Positions 28,238 to 37,486 of a DNA stretch of 64,000 nt are shown piece by piece. Numbering within the stretch: the first letter of the stretch is position 1; each line of letters starts with the position of its first letter. A program made the position numbers and the translations under genes. The notes under the pieces were generated by a model. It was given only the letters and a program-made list of their open reading frames with translations. It was not told the origin of the DNA and did not search any database. The DNA lies in assembly GCA_040876835.1 (NCBI GenBank), contig JBBDOX010000007.1, positions 7,916 through 71,915 of the forward strand, read 5' to 3'. Source of the stretch: Candidatus Anderseniibacteriota bacterium (GTDB lineage Bacteria > Patescibacteriota > Andersenbacteria > UBA10190).

Positions 28238-28996
28238 CTACACAGCCGGCGGATTACCTTCAAGGTGAAGAGTACGCTTGAGAATATATTGCTGTACCAT
28301 TCCGAATATAGTAGAAGTAGCCCAGTACAGCGCCAAAGCTCCAGGTAGTTGGAGGGAAATAAAGATAGTCATTACGGGAAAGATATACATCATATTTTTT
28401 TGCATTGAGGCCATCATTGCTGCCGCGTCTTCGTTTGCCCCCGGTTGGGCGCCGACTGGAGGAGTGGGACTCAACCATTTCATCTGAGTAAACTGCGCTA
28501 CTGCAGCCACGACTCCTAAAAGCAAACTTGGTTCGTCTAAGGCTAATCCAAAAAACATTGTCTGGATGACAGTCGGCTCTGAGACAAAGCCGTACAAAAA
28601 GTGAAATGTATCTGGAGAAAGTCCGGTCAAGAAAACACGGTACAGAGCAATTAGTATAGGAAGTTGAATTAAGAGCGGCAGACAACCACTAGCGGGGTTA
28701 ATGCCTGCCTCCCGGTAAAGGCGCATGGTTTCCTCGGCCTGCTTAGCCTTATCATCTTTGTGTTTTTCCTTGATCTTCACTAGGTCTTTTTTAACTCCAT
28801 CCATTTTCCCCTGATTCGCTCGCATCTGCCGCGCATGATGAAGGGAAGAGGGTAGTAGGACTAAACGAACCAAAAAGGTCACTGCAATGATTGCGAAACC
28901 TATGCTGTGCCCAGGAAGAACATTCGTAATCCCCACCAGCAAGTTAAGCAGGGGGCGGTAGAGAACTTCGGTATAAAGAAAACTAAATGGGTTCAT
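28238..28996 (-). CDS. yidC: Membrane protein insertase YidC
   Basis: GFAII..T..VR..L.P, NPASGCLPLLIQLPIL.ALY, LALYW..S. Confidence 0.95.
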   Translation of the reverse strand: MNPFSFLYTEVLYRPLLNLLVGITNVLPGHSIGFAIIAVTFLVRLVLLPSSLHHARQMRANQGKMDGVKKDLVKIKEKHKDDKAKQAEETMRLYREAGINPASGCLPLLIQLPILIALYRVFLTGLSPDTFHFLYGFVSEPTVIQTMFFGLALDEPSLLLGVVAAVAQFTQMKWLSPTPPVGAQPGANEDAAAMMASMQKNMMYIFPVMTIFISLQLPGALALYWATSTIFGMVQQYILKRTLHLEGNPPAV

Positions 28997-28999
28997 ATA

Positions 29000-29248
29000 T
29001 TAATGCCTAGGAACAGGATCGTGCCCACCAGCAGCAAAGGGATGACACCTACCGATTCGCTTAACCACCATACCAATTCCACGCCAGCCGTACTGCTCAA
29101 TAGCCTGAGTGGCATACTGTGAGCAAGTAGGTGTAAACCTACACACCGGCCCCAAGGCAGACCGAAGCAGCCCATGGTCAGGGGAAACCGTCTTTTGATA
29201 GATACGAATAACGAAAACAAGAATTGTTACAAAGCGAGAGTGAGTCAT
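29000..29248 (-). CDS. yidD: Membrane protein insertion efficiency factor YidD
   Basis: [29 protein letters not shown]. Confidence 0.95.
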   Translation of the reverse strand: MTHSRFVTILVFVIRIYQKTVSPDHGLLRSALGPVCRFTPTCSQYATQAIEQYGWRGIGMVVKRIGRCHPFAAGGHDPVPRH

Positions 29249-29255
29249 GTGTCCT

Positions 29256-29582
29256 CTATTGTAGTTTGCTTACGGCTGAGATGATAGCCTGCTTCAAGAT
29301 TGTATAAGATTCAACAGTCTTTGCAGGAGGGAGGGCTACCGCCACAATATCAACCGGGGTCGAAAAAGAAGGAGCCACCTCCCGCAGTATTTCCCGCAGC
29401 TGACGCTGTATTCGATGGCGCTGAACTGCCAACCTGGATACTTTCTTTCCCACAACACAAGCCATGCGCAGGTTCTTACTGGGTTGAATATATATTAAAG
29501 CATAAGGTGTGCGAGCTTTTTTCCCATGCCGGATAACCGCCAGTACATCGTCTTTGTGGCGGAGGCGCCCTATGCGAGCCAT
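29256..29582 (-). CDS. rnpA: Ribonuclease P protein component
   Basis: [22 protein letters not shown] (RNR-like motif), canonical position. Confidence 0.9.
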   Translation of the reverse strand: MARIGRLRHKDDVLAVIRHGKKARTPYALIYIQPSKNLRMACVVGKKVSRLAVQRHRIQRQLREILREVAPSFSTPVDIVAVALPPAKTVESYTILKQAIISAVSKLQ

Positions 29583-29586
29583 ACCT

Positions 29587-29733
29587 TTATTGTACCGGGG
29601 TCAGCCGAGCACGACCCCGCTGTCGACGCCGAGCAAGAACACCTGCGCTCTTCCTTTTTCGAGCCAAAAAACCAAGACGCCGCGCTCTGCGCCGCTTACT
29701 TGGTTGATACGTACGTTTTGTTCTATGGGCCAT
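29587..29733 (-). CDS. rpmH: 50S ribosomal protein L34 (below ORF-track cutoff)
   Basis: Hand translation MAHRTKRTYQPSKRRRARRLGFLARKRKSAGVLARRRQRGRARLTPVQ. Confidence 0.95.
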   Translation of the reverse strand: MAHRTKRTYQPSKRRRARRLGFLARKRKSAGVLARRRQRGRARLTPVQ

Positions 29734-29823
29734 ACATCAAAAAGCTAATGCAATGCCATTGATGATGCCCTAAAAACACCTTTCCCGTCAAGCGCCTCTC
29801 CTGCCAGTAGTATCTCCCTCTCT

Positions 29824-29890
29824 TTATCAACACCTTATCAACATGTTATCCACATTTTGCACAACCCACCCCGTGCACACTTGTGGATAA
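29824..29890. promoter_or_regulatory. oriC part 1: DnaA boxes upstream of dnaA
   Basis: TTATCAACA 29824, TTATCAACA 29835, TTATCCACA 29846 (11-bp spacing), TGTGGATAA 29882. Confidence 0.85.
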
Positions 29891-29950
29891 CTATGATATG
29901 ATCACTTGTGCGTTAGGTTTCTGTTTGTATTTAGTGCTCTCACGTACCCC

Positions 29951-31363
29951 ATGAAGACAGATCAGCTATGGAAAGCAGCCTTAGGTCAACTCGAGCTTCG
30001 TGTAAGCCAGGGAAATTTTCTGACGTGGTTTCGCAATACTAAAATCAAGGAGCGCAAAAAACAAACCGTTGTTATTGAAACCGACAACCCCTTTGCATAC
30101 GAGTGGCTATCAAAGAAGTACCGGCCCATTATTTTGGAAGTTCTTCAAAAGATTGATACTTCGGTTACTGGAATTGAGTTTTCAGTTCCGTCCCAAGCTC
30201 ACGGAAAACGGACGGCTCGTAAAAATCTGCGGGTTATTGCCCAAAAACAACGAGTAACTCAACCTCCTGTCGCTTCCGCCCCTCAAGCAGTCTCCATCCA
30301 CACATCTATACCACGAGCATCTTTTGCCTCACACCAATCGCCAATTCCTTTTAACCCTAAAAACACCTTTGAAAATTTTGTTGTTGGGCCAAGTAATGAG
30401 GTAGCCCATGCTGCCTGTCGTGCAGTCGTGGACAACCCAGGGGAAAGCTATAATCCATTATTTGTGTATGGCGGCGTAGGGTTAGGGAAGACCCACTTAT
30501 TACAGGCCGTTGGGAATGCCTTACTTAGTAAAAACCCCAACTTCAGGATCCTCTATGTTGCTTCCGAGAAATTTATGACGGAGTTTGTTGAAGCTCTTCG
30601 GCACAAAAAGATGCATGAATTTAAAAAAACATACCGAGATATTGATATGTTTATCATCGACGACGTCCAGTTTGTGGCCGGAAAAGACAAAATACAGGAA
30701 GAGCTTTTCCATACTTTTAACACCCTCCATAGTCAAAACAAGCAGGTAATACTAAGTAGCGACCGTCCTCCAGGAGCGATTTCTGCCCTCCAGGAGCGTC
30801 TTAGCTCACGCTTAGGGGCAGGGATGGTAGTGGATATTAAAAAACCGGATTACGAAACCCGTCTAGCCATCCTAGAGGAGAAGTTAAGTCGCCGCGGTGC
30901 TAGTATCGATTCTGAAGCCCTTTCTTTCCTTGCAAAAAATATCCAGAGCAACGTTCGAGAGTTAGAAGGAGCTTTAAACCGCGTTATTGGTCACAGCGAG
31001 GTCCATAACGAAAAGATAACTATTGATTTCGTGAAGCGTGTTCTTCACGACTTACTAGAACAGTCACAAAAGAAAACAATAAACACCCGGGAAATTATTG
31101 AAGCAGTGAGTTCGTACTACAACCTACCTCAAGAGGAAATTTGCGGGCAGCGTAGAAATAAAGAAATTGTTCGTCCTCGCCAAATCGCCATGTACCTCCT
31201 CCGCAAAGAAAGCTCAATGTCATTTCCATCAATTGGGGAATTCTTTGGAGGACGAGATCACACCACCGCCATGCACGCCTGTGAGAAGATTGAAAAACTC
31301 CTTGAACATGATGAAGAATTATCCCAGGAAATAAGTTTCTTAAAAGAACGATTGTACGCGTAG
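29951..31363 (+). CDS. dnaA: Chromosomal replication initiator DnaA
   Basis: TFENFVVG, YNPLFVYGGVGLGKTHL, IDDVQF, NVRELEGAL, RQIAMYL, GGRDHTT. Confidence 0.98.
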   Translation: MKTDQLWKAALGQLELRVSQGNFLTWFRNTKIKERKKQTVVIETDNPFAYEWLSKKYRPIILEVLQKIDTSVTGIEFSVPSQAHGKRTARKNLRVIAQKQRVTQPPVASAPQAVSIHTSIPRASFASHQSPIPFNPKNTFENFVVGPSNEVAHAACRAVVDNPGESYNPLFVYGGVGLGKTHLLQAVGNALLSKNPNFRILYVASEKFMTEFVEALRHKKMHEFKKTYRDIDMFIIDDVQFVAGKDKIQEELFHTFNTLHSQNKQVILSSDRPPGAISALQERLSSRLGAGMVVDIKKPDYETRLAILEEKLSRRGASIDSEALSFLAKNIQSNVRELEGALNRVIGHSEVHNEKITIDFVKRVLHDLLEQSQKKTINTREIIEAVSSYYNLPQEEICGQRRNKEIVRPRQIAMYLLRKESSMSFPSIGEFFGGRDHTTAMHACEKIEKLLEHDEELSQEISFLKERLYA

Positions 31364-31623
31364 TGTGTGGATAGGGTGGGGGAAACCGTGAAAAACCTGT
31401 GCACTACATTACCACTTCTTAACACCCTTACAAGAATACCTAAAACACTGTGTATATACCCCCTACTTATCCTCACAATACCCACACCTCATCCTTATAA
31501 AGCGCACATGTTTTCCACCTTAATATATAACTACATAAGGAGAATAATAGTTAGATATCCCCAAAACATGCCTCACCAACAACTACAACAACAATCTTAT
31601 ATATATTGTTATTACTGTAACGT
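31364..31623. other. oriC part 2 (dnaA-dnaN intergenic, putative unwinding region)
   Basis: Degenerate DnaA boxes (TGTGGATAG 31366, TTATCCTCA 31467, TTTTCCACC 31511, ATATCCCCA 31555), trinucleotide run CAA CAA CTA CAA CAA CAA 31577-31594, then an AT-rich tract; GC skew flips here. Confidence 0.75.
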
Positions 31624-32724
31624 ATGAAGTTCACCTGTACACAGGAAAACCTTCTACGAGGATTATCGCGAGTGTCTCCTATTGCCGGGAGGGGTTCGCA
31701 GCTTCCTGTGTTGCAACACGTGTTACTTCAGGGAAAGGGAGGGGCGCTCCACTTAACGGCGACCGACTTAGAGGTGGGGGTACATACGGTTGTTGGTGGA
31801 AAGCTGGATGGGGAGGGCGCGTTTGCTGTGCCGGCGCGTGGGTTATTAGAGTATGTTCAGCAGCTTCCACGGAATAACCCGGTGGTTATAAGTGCTGAAG
31901 GTGGTGGTGTGGTGGTGAAAACTGAGGGATTTCGTGCAAGGTTTTCTAGTAGTGATGCGGAGGAGTTTCCTCTCTTACCTCAAGGTAGTGAAGATGACTC
32001 ATTTGAACTACCGGCAGATGTGCTATGTAACGCTTTAACACGCGTAGTGTTTGCTGCGGCACGTGAGGAGACGCGTCCGGAGATCCGTAGTGTGTTTATT
32101 AAAAGCGATGGAGGGCGCGTATATATTGCGGCAACTGATAGTTTTAGATTAGCAGAAGAAATTATTACCGTTGATAATCTTGAGGAGTTTTCTTTTCTCC
32201 TTCCTTTACCAGCTGCTCAGGAGCTAGCTCGTTTATTTACTGATCAGAAAGTGATCAAAGTATCTCCTCATGACAATCACGTACTGTTTTATGGGGATGA
32301 CATTGAGCTCTCTTCTCGCTTAGTCGATGGTCGATATCCGGATTATCAACAGATTATCCCAACCACTCATACTTCGAGTGTCACTGTAGCTAAGGATGAA
32401 TTAGTTCGCGCTCTTAAGACGCTTACTATTTTTCTTCCTCGCGATTCTCGTCGGGTGGAGTTGGAAGTAGCTCCTAAAACTGGAAAAATAGTGGCTCAAG
32501 TGGTGGGAAGTGAGGCTGGGCAAGGGGATGTGGTGCTTTCGGTGGATGGTGATGGAGAGGATGTCCAGGTGTTGGTGAATATTAACTACATCCTAGAAGG
32601 AGTACAGCATTTTTCGAGCGCGGATTGTGAAATTCAATTTTTAGGAGCGGTTGATCCAATTGTCTTTAGACCCAAGGGTGGTGACCAGTATCTTTATATT
32701 GTTATGCCTATTCAATCTCAATAA
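31624..32724 (+). CDS. dnaN: DNA polymerase III beta clamp
   Basis: TATDLE, EEFP, ATDSFRLA, SRLVDGRYPDY, YIVMPI. Confidence 0.97.
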   Translation: MKFTCTQENLLRGLSRVSPIAGRGSQLPVLQHVLLQGKGGALHLTATDLEVGVHTVVGGKLDGEGAFAVPARGLLEYVQQLPRNNPVVISAEGGGVVVKTEGFRARFSSSDAEEFPLLPQGSEDDSFELPADVLCNALTRVVFAAAREETRPEIRSVFIKSDGGRVYIAATDSFRLAEEIITVDNLEEFSFLLPLPAAQELARLFTDQKVIKVSPHDNHVLFYGDDIELSSRLVDGRYPDYQQIIPTTHTSSVTVAKDELVRALKTLTIFLPRDSRRVELEVAPKTGKIVAQVVGSEAGQGDVVLSVDGDGEDVQVLVNINYILEGVQHFSSADCEIQFLGAVDPIVFRPKGGDQYLYIVMPIQSQ

Positions 32725-33869
32725 TGAATATTCAAGAACTCACAATTCATAATTTTCGTAATATTCGCGGAGCTCGAGAAATTGAATTTCCCCAAGCAAA
32801 CCTCCTTGTTGCAGCTGCGCCAAATGCCACTGGGAAGACGAACTTTCTTGAAGCGTTAATGGTGCTTCTGCGTGGAAAGTCATTCCGCGCTTCCCATGAA
32901 GAGTGTGTGAGTTGGGGTGAGGAGTACTTTTTAGTACGAGGAGTGGTTAGAAATGATGCTGAAATAAAAAACCTAGCAGTGCAGTATCATGTTCCAACTA
33001 AAAAACTGCGAATAGAAGAAGATGGTGAGCCGGTTTCTCCAGTAACGTTTTATAGTCAGTATCCAGTTATTTTGTTTTTACCGGAAGATACTTTTATTTT
33101 CTACCGTGGGCCTGCAGCCCGCAGAAATCTCTTAAACACCACCCTAGTATCGTCGTCTCAGTATTTATCAGCAGTAGTGCAGTATCAGCGGGCTCTGCGT
33201 CAGCGTAATAGTGCGCTCAAGGCAGCGCGAAAACGAGAAGATGTGTTGGTGTGGAGTGATGTTATGGTGGGGTATGCGCAGGAGGTGTGGCAAGGGAGAC
33301 AGGGGTTAATACAGTATCTAAATACTCACGTAAGTGATTTATATAACGCGCTTTTTGGTGAAGAGTATGCGTTTAATATAAAGCTAGTGAGTGGGGCTCC
33401 AGACATTACTACATACGCCACACTTCTAGCTGATTCATGGGAGTATGAACAGCGCTATAAATACACTCTATACGGCCCTCACCGCGACGATGTGGAGATT
33501 ACGGTTGATGGACGGGATGTGGCCTCGGTGTTATCTCGTGGACAAATGAGGAGCTTAGTTATTGCCCTGAAAGTTGCGGCTTTTGGGTATGTCCGTAAGA
33601 CGCTCAGTATTACACCTTTGCTATTATTTGACGAAGTGTTAAGTGAGCTCGATGAGAAGCGTCAGAGAACGCTCCTGACACACCTTCCTGAAGCGCAAAT
33701 CCTTCTTACCTGCACAGCTGTTCCTGACGGAATAAAAAACCAGGAGGGCGCACACGTGCTTGACCTACGAAGTATTATTGGCGAACCCGTGGAAACTGCT
33801 TCTCCTATACCAGAGCGTGTGGTGGTGGCTCAGGAAGAGGGAAGTGAAGTTATAGCTGTGCGCTCATGA
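32724..33869 (+). CDS. recF: DNA replication/repair protein RecF
   Basis: NFRN, PNATGKTN.LEA, GP..RR, YGPHRDD, SRGQ.R, LLFDEVLSELD. Confidence 0.95.
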   Translation: MNIQELTIHNFRNIRGAREIEFPQANLLVAAAPNATGKTNFLEALMVLLRGKSFRASHEECVSWGEEYFLVRGVVRNDAEIKNLAVQYHVPTKKLRIEEDGEPVSPVTFYSQYPVILFLPEDTFIFYRGPAARRNLLNTTLVSSSQYLSAVVQYQRALRQRNSALKAARKREDVLVWSDVMVGYAQEVWQGRQGLIQYLNTHVSDLYNALFGEEYAFNIKLVSGAPDITTYATLLADSWEYEQRYKYTLYGPHRDDVEITVDGRDVASVLSRGQMRSLVIALKVAAFGYVRKTLSITPLLLFDEVLSELDEKRQRTLLTHLPEAQILLTCTAVPDGIKNQEGAHVLDLRSIIGEPVETASPIPERVVVAQEEGSEVIAVRS

Positions 33870-34135
33870 CCCTCGAAGTTCTTTCGACAATTTTTTCTGA
33901 TAAAAAATCTCTCACTTGGCAGGATGAGGACATCCGTTTTTTTGTGGAAAGGCATATTGCTGAGCATATGAAGCAAATTGGAGCGTATTGTCAGGTTGTA
34001 AATGAATCAACGATCACGGTTCGAGTTCCTACTCCCGTGGCGTACCAGGAAGTCTCTTTAGGGATATATGATATACAAGAGGCAATAAAGCACGCATGTG
34101 GGCGTAGTTTTCACACTATTCGCGTAACCTTGTAG
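33866..34135 (+). CDS. Small protein after recF, possibly DciA/DUF721-like
   Basis: ATGA-coupled to recF; ITVRV.TP..YQE..L...I pattern and position typical of DUF721; the family call is an inference. Confidence 0.45.
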   Translation: MTLEVLSTIFSDKKSLTWQDEDIRFFVERHIAEHMKQIGAYCQVVNESTITVRVPTPVAYQEVSLGIYDIQEAIKHACGRSFHTIRVTL

Positions 34136-34242
34136 GGTGATCGGGCGTGAGATTGCCACCACTGCTCTTGCGGGTGGTGATTTTATATGGTTAACTTTTG
34201 ATAATTTGCGAGTCATCTCGTTCTTTTCAAGGGAGTAGGGTC

Positions 34243-34548
34243 ATGCCGGCTGTGGACCAGGAAGTGTCCGTGGAGGATGTGGTGGAAGTGTTTAGGGGAT
34301 ACCCACCACGTACATCCATGACAGTGGAGGAGGCGTTGCAGGTTGTGTATGACGAGAGACGGACAGTGGAGTCGTACTCCGCTGGACTCACGCTGATCCT
34401 TACGGAAGGAGTCTCGAAAGAACAGCTGATCCACGGGTGCGCTCTTTTGAGGAGCGTGTTGGAGGGGTGGAAGGAGAACACCTCAGAAGAGGAAGACAGA
34501 CGGCGGTATAGCAGAGCCTTGGTCACACTTGAAAAGATGATGACATAA
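34243..34548 (+). CDS. Hypothetical small acidic helical protein (orphan)
   Basis: SD GGGAG 7 nt before ATG; own terminator downstream. Confidence 0.6.
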   Translation: MPAVDQEVSVEDVVEVFRGYPPRTSMTVEEALQVVYDERRTVESYSAGLTLILTEGVSKEQLIHGCALLRSVLEGWKENTSEEEDRRRYSRALVTLEKMMT

Positions 34549-34554
34549 GGCTCT

Positions 34555-34584
34555 AACCGGAAACGTGCTCCGGTTTTTCTTTTT
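34555..34584 (+). terminator. Intrinsic terminator
   Basis: AACCGGA/TCCGGTT stem followed by a T-rich tract. Confidence 0.65.
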
Positions 34585-34595
34585 CCGGACTCGAG

Positions 34596-37424
34596 CTATT
34601 TAATTGTTACAGTGTGGCGCTCTGATTCAGTGAAGTTACCAGTTTTATCGTACGCCACCGCGTATACAGTGTAAGTGCCTAGTCCGGGAGAATCTTGCCA
34701 GACAGCTTCGTATCGGTCAGGAGCAGTTGGTGCTTGAGTGTTGGTGCGGGCAATACGCTTGGTTCCAGGTTGACCTTCTTTGATGTACAGCATATCTACG
34801 AAATCAACCCCACTGCTATCTTTGGCAGTTACTTTTACAGTGTAGGGGAAGTTGGTCTCGGCTAAAGTGAGGTTGTTTTGAGGAGTGTGAATGGTGATTG
34901 TCGGGCTGGAGTCGTCCGGGTTGATAATGAAGGTGCGATGAGCCTGGCCGATGAAGTTGTTTTCGGTAATTGCCATAACAATAAGTGTTTTGCGGCCCGA
35001 GAAGTTCTTGTCAAAAGTGATTGTCGCACTATGGGTGCCATCTGGCCCCTTGCGAGCAATTTCTTGTCCATCCAAAACGAAGCGCACTTCCCGTAGGCGG
35101 TGAGGGGAGTCAATTTCCACTGTAACTTGTGTAGGGCTATCGCGCAGAACGGTGGTATTTGGTTCGATAATTTTAACTTTTGGTAACTCTTCTTCGCTAC
35201 CTACGTTACAGCTAGGTTCTGGTAGTGACCCAAAGTAAAGCGGCTCTTCTGCAACGTCTTTGTTCTTTTCATTATGTTTATCACGCCACTGAGCAATACC
35301 GGCCTCCCAGTTGTTGAACTGAGGGTCAGCCTCGGCTCGTGCTGGGGGGTCCCCTAAGGGATTAGTGCGTCGTACGTAGAAGAGGATGCTGTGTAGCTCC
35401 TTCAAGGTGCGGGGCTGACCTTGGGCGACTGGGCACTCGTTGGTATAGAGCGTATTCGTCTCGCTTACCCACTTGCCCTTTACTTCTCTAATTTGCCCTC
35501 GAAGAATACCGTGTGCCGTATCAGGAAGAGGTGCGGGTTTTGTAAACTGCTCGATGGGGGTGCCATCAAGGGCTCCTTTCATGAATGTATTCCAGAGAAA
35601 AGCTGCAGTGTTGCTTCCAGCTGCTCCCTTACCCATAGGGGAGTTATCGTTATTGCCTACCCATACACCGGCTGCTAGGGAGGGGGTAAATCCAATTGTC
35701 CAACCATCACGAGAGTCCTGAGTGGTGCCCGTCTTGGCGCCTACGGGGCGACTCCCGAGCTGGAGGAAGCTGCGAGTACCAAAGACGGCAGCGCGGGCAT
35801 TGTTATCCGATAATACGTCAGTTGTTAGGCGGGCTACTTGTGGATCTAGGACTTGAGTTCCCTGGGGTTGCTCCGCTGTTGCGTCAAATAGCACCTCTTT
35901 TGCATCTTCGACTTTTAACACAGCGCGGGCGGGATAGCGAGTTCCCTCTGCTGCAAAGACTCCATACGCAGATGTAATATCAACCAGCCGCACCTCTCCA
36001 CCACCCAATACTAATGACAGACCATATCGGTCGGGGTCGCTTAATGATGTCATTCCCATGCGCTGGGCCAGGTCAGTAGCGGTCCGCACCCCTACTAAGT
36101 ACAGTGCTTTGACTGCAGGGATGTTATACGAGTTTGCGAGAGCACTCCGCATGGTAACGGGGCCATGCTCAGCTAGGTCGTAGTTCTTGGGGATATATCC
36201 TTGACCAAAATCTGTTTCAGCATCTACGAGAATTGTTTCTGGAGCAAATCCTTTTTCGAATGCAGCGGCATATATGAAAGGTTTAATAGAAGACCCAGGG
36301 GAGCGATGACGGATAGACACGTTCACATTCCCATCAATGTCTTCATTGAAATAATCAATTGATCCGACCATGGCTAAGATATTACCGGTAACGGGGTGAA
36401 TGGCGACAAGAGAACTGTTAGATGCTCCCTGACTGACCAGGCGCTCCTGAGCGTTCTTTAGGGTGTCCTCGGCGACTGATTGTAGACGGGCGTCCAGGGT
36501 AGTTATAACTCTCAGGCCTCCTTGTTCCACTACTCGCTCCCCGTACTCTTCTTCGAGGAGTTCTTTAACATAAAAAACAAAATGAGGAGCCTCAATGTTT
36601 TCATGAGGAGGAGAGAATGTCAGTGTTTCACTTTTGGCCGCCTCCGCTTCTTCCTTGCTGACCATGTTTAGATCAGCCATGCGATTTAAGATGTGTTCTT
36701 GGCGAAACTTTAGATCTTCAAAGTGAGACCCGTAAGGGGAGTAATAGCTAGGTGCTTGAGGAAGAGCCGCTAGGATTGTTGCTTGAGCCAAGGATACATT
36801 TTTAGCCGAGGTTCCAAAAAATATTTGAGCAGCAGCTTCCACTCCGTACGCTCTGCTGCCGTAAGGAATAGCATTTAAATACATCTCTAGAATCTCGTCT
36901 TTTCCAAAGCGCTGTTCTAGCTCCAATGCCAAGACTGCCTCTTTCGCCTTGCGTCGGATAGTGCGCTCGGGAGTGAGGATGGAGTTTTTGATCAGCTGTT
37001 GGGTAATAGTTGATCCGCCCTGGACCCTTCGTCCGCTCAGGGGCTTCAGTATTACACCACGCAAGATGCCACCAAAATCGAGTCCGTGATGGGCGTAGAA
37101 TTGATCATCCTCGGCAGCGAGAGTGGCCTGGGTGATAAGGGGGGAGATTTCTCCAATAGAGGTATACGTGCGACGCGCTTCCCCAATCTCATAAAGAAGA
37201 TGAGTGCCAGTAGAGTCGTAAATTTTAGTTGATTCACCTATGCCAGTTTCCTGAATTTGCTGGGGATCGGGCAGGTCTCGGCTCCACCACAAAACCGTAC
37301 CGGCCATCACTAGAAAACCAGCCCCTGCTACTGCCAGAAGGCGTGGAATTATACGGCGGTTTAGAGTAGTGGAGCGTAGCTGATGCAGCCACGAACTCTG
37401 CCGCTTATAACGACGAGTAGCCAT
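34596..37424 (-). CDS. Class A penicillin-binding protein (PBP1A family) with two C-terminal Ig-like domains
   Basis: EDDQFY.H.G, QGGSTITQQL.KN, RK.KE; SPGSSIKP, SYN, KTGT; C-terminal beta-rich repeats (V.F..DG, AVAYDKTGN). Confidence 0.93.
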   Translation of the reverse strand: MATRRYKRQSSWLHQLRSTTLNRRIIPRLLAVAGAGFLVMAGTVLWWSRDLPDPQQIQETGIGESTKIYDSTGTHLLYEIGEARRTYTSIGEISPLITQATLAAEDDQFYAHHGLDFGGILRGVILKPLSGRRVQGGSTITQQLIKNSILTPERTIRRKAKEAVLALELEQRFGKDEILEMYLNAIPYGSRAYGVEAAAQIFFGTSAKNVSLAQATILAALPQAPSYYSPYGSHFEDLKFRQEHILNRMADLNMVSKEEAEAAKSETLTFSPPHENIEAPHFVFYVKELLEEEYGERVVEQGGLRVITTLDARLQSVAEDTLKNAQERLVSQGASNSSLVAIHPVTGNILAMVGSIDYFNEDIDGNVNVSIRHRSPGSSIKPFIYAAAFEKGFAPETILVDAETDFGQGYIPKNYDLAEHGPVTMRSALANSYNIPAVKALYLVGVRTATDLAQRMGMTSLSDPDRYGLSLVLGGGEVRLVDITSAYGVFAAEGTRYPARAVLKVEDAKEVLFDATAEQPQGTQVLDPQVARLTTDVLSDNNARAAVFGTRSFLQLGSRPVGAKTGTTQDSRDGWTIGFTPSLAAGVWVGNNDNSPMGKGAAGSNTAAFLWNTFMKGALDGTPIEQFTKPAPLPDTAHGILRGQIREVKGKWVSETNTLYTNECPVAQGQPRTLKELHSILFYVRRTNPLGDPPARAEADPQFNNWEAGIAQWRDKHNEKNKDVAEEPLYFGSLPEPSCNVGSEEELPKVKIIEPNTTVLRDSPTQVTVEIDSPHRLREVRFVLDGQEIARKGPDGTHSATITFDKNFSGRKTLIVMAITENNFIGQAHRTFIINPDDSSPTITIHTPQNNLTLAETNFPYTVKVTAKDSSGVDFVDMLYIKEGQPGTKRIARTNTQAPTAPDRYEAVWQDSPGLGTYTVYAVAYDKTGNFTESERHTVTIK

Positions 37425-37486
37425 AGGAAATCAGGGAAGATACGTAAGAGAGTATATCATGGGGGGAGGGTCCCTGCCTGTCAATA

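Noticed and set aside
29300-29762. Three short + strand ORFs
   Set aside because: Antisense shadows of rnpA and rpmH.
31367-31627. 86-aa ORF between dnaA and dnaN
   Set aside because: Low-complexity translation of oriC DNA; the QQLQQQ stretch comes from the trio repeats.
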